Shown one piece after another: positions 61,754-64,000 of a DNA stretch of 64,000 bases. The stretch comes from Macrostomum lignano (taxonomy: Eukaryota): NCBI GenBank assembly GCA_002269645.1, contig NIVC01002373.1, forward strand, positions 75,674-139,673, read 5' to 3'. A model generated the notes under the pieces. It had not been told where the DNA came from, searched no databases, and saw only the letters and a program-made list of their open reading frames with translations. Positions within the stretch are counted from its first letter, which is position 1; every line of letters begins with the position of its first letter. The translations under genes were made by a program, and so were the position numbers.

Positions 61754-62894
61754 GGAAATTGAAGAATTTTTGACGGATGCTTTTTTTAACTTGAACAAAC
61801 CTACTTCATTTAGTGGTAACAAGACTATACTTGTTCGTGAAGTGCGTAAAAAGTTTCCACAGATTACGAACAAAGTTGCGAAGCGCGAAGTTGATAATTG
61901 GGTGCGATCAACAAATGAGCATCATTTATTTCGAAAAACACGACGAAACTTTCCAACTCCAAAAATTAGTGTACCACCAGTTGCAAAGTTTCAGTTTCAA
62001 ATCGATTTGGCAGATTTACCTCGATACAAGACGGAAAATCGAGGTTATCGTTACATACTTGTTCTGATTGACTGTTTTACTAGAGTTGTACGACTAAGAC
62101 CATTGCGTACAAAGAAGCCTTCAGAAGTTAGTCAAGTATTACTAGAGATTTTTCGAAGTGGTTTTAAGCCTGTTTATTTACAAGGTGATGCTGGTATGGA
62201 GTTTCTCGGAAGAGCTACACGTCAAATGCTGAAACAGGAAGGAGTTCGATTTTTTGTTAGCCAAAGCAATTACAAGGCAAGCATGGCTGAACGATTTATC
62301 CGCTCGCTAAAGGAGCGTCTATTACGATACTTTCGAGCAAAAAATTTACCTCGATGGTTTGATATTTTGCCACAATTGGAAGATAATTTCAACTCTAGTC
62401 CTCATCGATCCTTGAGTGGAGAAACACCAAAACGTGTAGAGACAGACCCACATTTACAAGGAATTTTGTGGGACAAAATGTTTGCGAAGTCGTACACTAA
62501 AAAGAATGAGAATAAATTTAAAGTTGGTGATTGGGTTAGAATTACACGACGTCGAGGAACATTTGAAAAAGGATACACTACGAGTTGGAGTAATTCAAAA
62601 TATCGCATTCACCGTGTACACTTGACAGAACCGCCAATGTACGAATTAGCGGACCCTGAAGATGGATTTGAAGTGCTGAAAGGAAGGTTTAACCAAGCGG
62701 AACTAATGTTGGTAAACGAGACAGATGAAACACCTAATGAAATTGAAAAAGTTATTGAAACTGATCGATCGAAAAATGGAAGTCGTCTGTATCTAGTAAA
62801 ATGGAAAGGTATGCCAATCTCAAGAAGTCAGTGGTTAAACGAAAAGGATCTTGACGCAAAGACTGCTAAACTATTTTCTAAAGTGTATAAGTAA
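61734..62894 (+). CDS. INT: Retroviral-like DDE integrase with C-terminal chromodomain
   Basis: FQIDLAD, LQGDAGMEF, KASMAERFIRSLK; chromodomain EIEKVI..YLVKWKG...SQWL. Confidence 0.95.
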   Translation: MMKRVRKEIEEFLTDAFFNLNKPTSFSGNKTILVREVRKKFPQITNKVAKREVDNWVRSTNEHHLFRKTRRNFPTPKISVPPVAKFQFQIDLADLPRYKTENRGYRYILVLIDCFTRVVRLRPLRTKKPSEVSQVLLEIFRSGFKPVYLQGDAGMEFLGRATRQMLKQEGVRFFVSQSNYKASMAERFIRSLKERLLRYFRAKNLPRWFDILPQLEDNFNSSPHRSLSGETPKRVETDPHLQGILWDKMFAKSYTKKNENKFKVGDWVRITRRRGTFEKGYTTSWSNSKYRIHRVHLTEPPMYELADPEDGFEVLKGRFNQAELMLVNETDETPNEIEKVIETDRSKNGSRLYLVKWKGMPISRSQWLNEKDLDAKTAKLFSKVYK

Positions 62895-62935
62895 CACATG
62901 AATTGGGATTGCATGACGATGAGAAGACTGTTGAA

Positions 62936-63394
62936 ATGGATCCTATTTTTGCTTTTTATTCTGGTCCGAATAGATCTGCTGAAGGTGGAGGTGGATCTGG
63001 CATTCCTGTTTACGAAGGTTACGGTTTTTTGTCAAATTTGGCGGACAGATTGGTGTATCCTGTACTACGCAACGCAAAGAAAGATTTCTTGGATCGTGGT
63101 CTGGAGTATTTGAAAAGTGCGACAGCAAAAATTGGTATGGGTCGGAAGCGTCACTTGGACACAGAATCGAGCGAAGAGATGTTTAATACACCTGCAGTCT
63201 CGAGACCAAAGCGAAGGAAAAGAACCAGTGGAGTGGCTATAAGCTTAGGAAAGAAGAAACGACAAAAGAAACGACGAACAAGACAGTGTGGAAAAGGACG
63301 CGTGAACAAACGAAAACGCAAGAGGGTAGGTGGTAAAAAAAAACGTCGAACTGCTACTGCAAGCAAGAAACTTTTTAGTCTGTTTGAAAAGTAG
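62936..63394 (+). CDS. Basic virion protein with GxG motif and amphipathic helix
   Basis: YEGYG-FLSNLADRLVYPVLRNAKK followed by an Arg/Lys-rich tail. Confidence 0.7.
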   Translation: MDPIFAFYSGPNRSAEGGGGSGIPVYEGYGFLSNLADRLVYPVLRNAKKDFLDRGLEYLKSATAKIGMGRKRHLDTESSEEMFNTPAVSRPKRRKRTSGVAISLGKKKRQKKRRTRQCGKGRVNKRKRKRVGGKKKRRTATASKKLFSLFEK

Positions 63395-63395
63395 C

Positions 63396-64000
63396 ATGAA
63401 TCATTTGCTTGGACCTGATATTGCTGCTCTTAAAAGTGAATTGTCGCTATTTGATCAAAGTCCTGTCAGTTTAGTGTTTTGGATAATCGGTATACTAACA
63501 TTCAACCGCAACATGGTATTACAAAAGGATCACCTATCGAATTTGAGAGGTTGTGCCTGCAGGCGATTTGTATTTGGATCTACAAGAAACTGTGCTCACG
63601 GTATGCTTCAGCGTTAGTGATAGTGAAGGTGAACCTATAGATGCAACAAAAAATTTTGTTTGTTTGAATAATTTGGCTATTGGAACATTGTTTGAAGACG
63701 TTCAATTTACTATTGGCGATACTGTAGTTTGAAGGTGGTAGTTTTATGTATCCATACAAGGCTATGCTTCTTACATTACTGGAATACGGACATACAGCTC
63801 AGAAGGCTGGTTTACTACCGTGGGATTTTACAAGGATACAGCTGGTAAAATGAATGCAACAAGTGAAAACGATGGACGAACAAAGAGCAGCAGGCGCTTA
63901 TTGCTAACAATAGGCGGTGCACTGTATCGGGGCCGTTATTCTTGGATTTGTTTCGTCAGCCTCGGTATCTACTATCAAAGACACCACTGCGGATCAAGCT
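63396..64000 (+). pseudogene. Major capsid protein (double jelly-roll) 5' part with multiple frameshifts
   Basis: KSELSLF, SPIEF, YLDLQET, YPYKAML..LLEY, FYKDTAGKM and DLFRQPRYLL..LRIK occur in order but in different frames. Confidence 0.85.

Larger units (their letters stand above)
45985..64000 (+). mobile_element. Polinton/Maverick (adintovirus-like) endogenous DNA virus, right end beyond the window
   Basis: pPolB, retroviral-like integrase, A32-like ATPase, penton, MCP and PLA2 in one co-oriented cluster. The left end is tentatively placed at AGTAGTA (45985), at a GC-to-AT switch with three 23-bp subterminal repeats (46065-46133). Core identity is certain; the left boundary is less so. 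Confidence 0.93.

Overview
This is eukaryotic (animal) genomic DNA in two parts. The host part (1 to ~46 kb) is mostly GC-rich with minisatellite-filled introns; this style suggests an invertebrate such as the flatworm Macrostomum (inference only). It holds a POMGnT1-like gene with degenerate catalytic motifs, a C2H2 zinc-finger exon, a divergent TALE homeobox exon, a 3-exon ER-lumenal KDEL protein and an intronless Di-Ras. It also holds a tRNA-derived SINE and an AT-rich 39-46 kb tract of MITEs around a dead mariner. From ~45,985 to the window end lies a Polinton/Maverick (adintovirus-like) endogenous DNA virus: pPolB, dUTPase, PLA2, packaging ATPase, penton, core-type ORFs, chromodomain integrase, and the start of a frameshifted major capsid gene. 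The most notable part is the element's left arm. It carries intron-containing genes, including a putative OB-fold SSB and a divergent TATA-binding-protein (TBP)-like domain, which consensus splice sites could fuse in frame. A recurrent TATAAG(C/T) motif sits 50-61 bp upstream of five late ORFs. Together these suggest an element-encoded late-transcription switch (hypothesis). All protein assignments come from motif recognition by eye; no searches were run.
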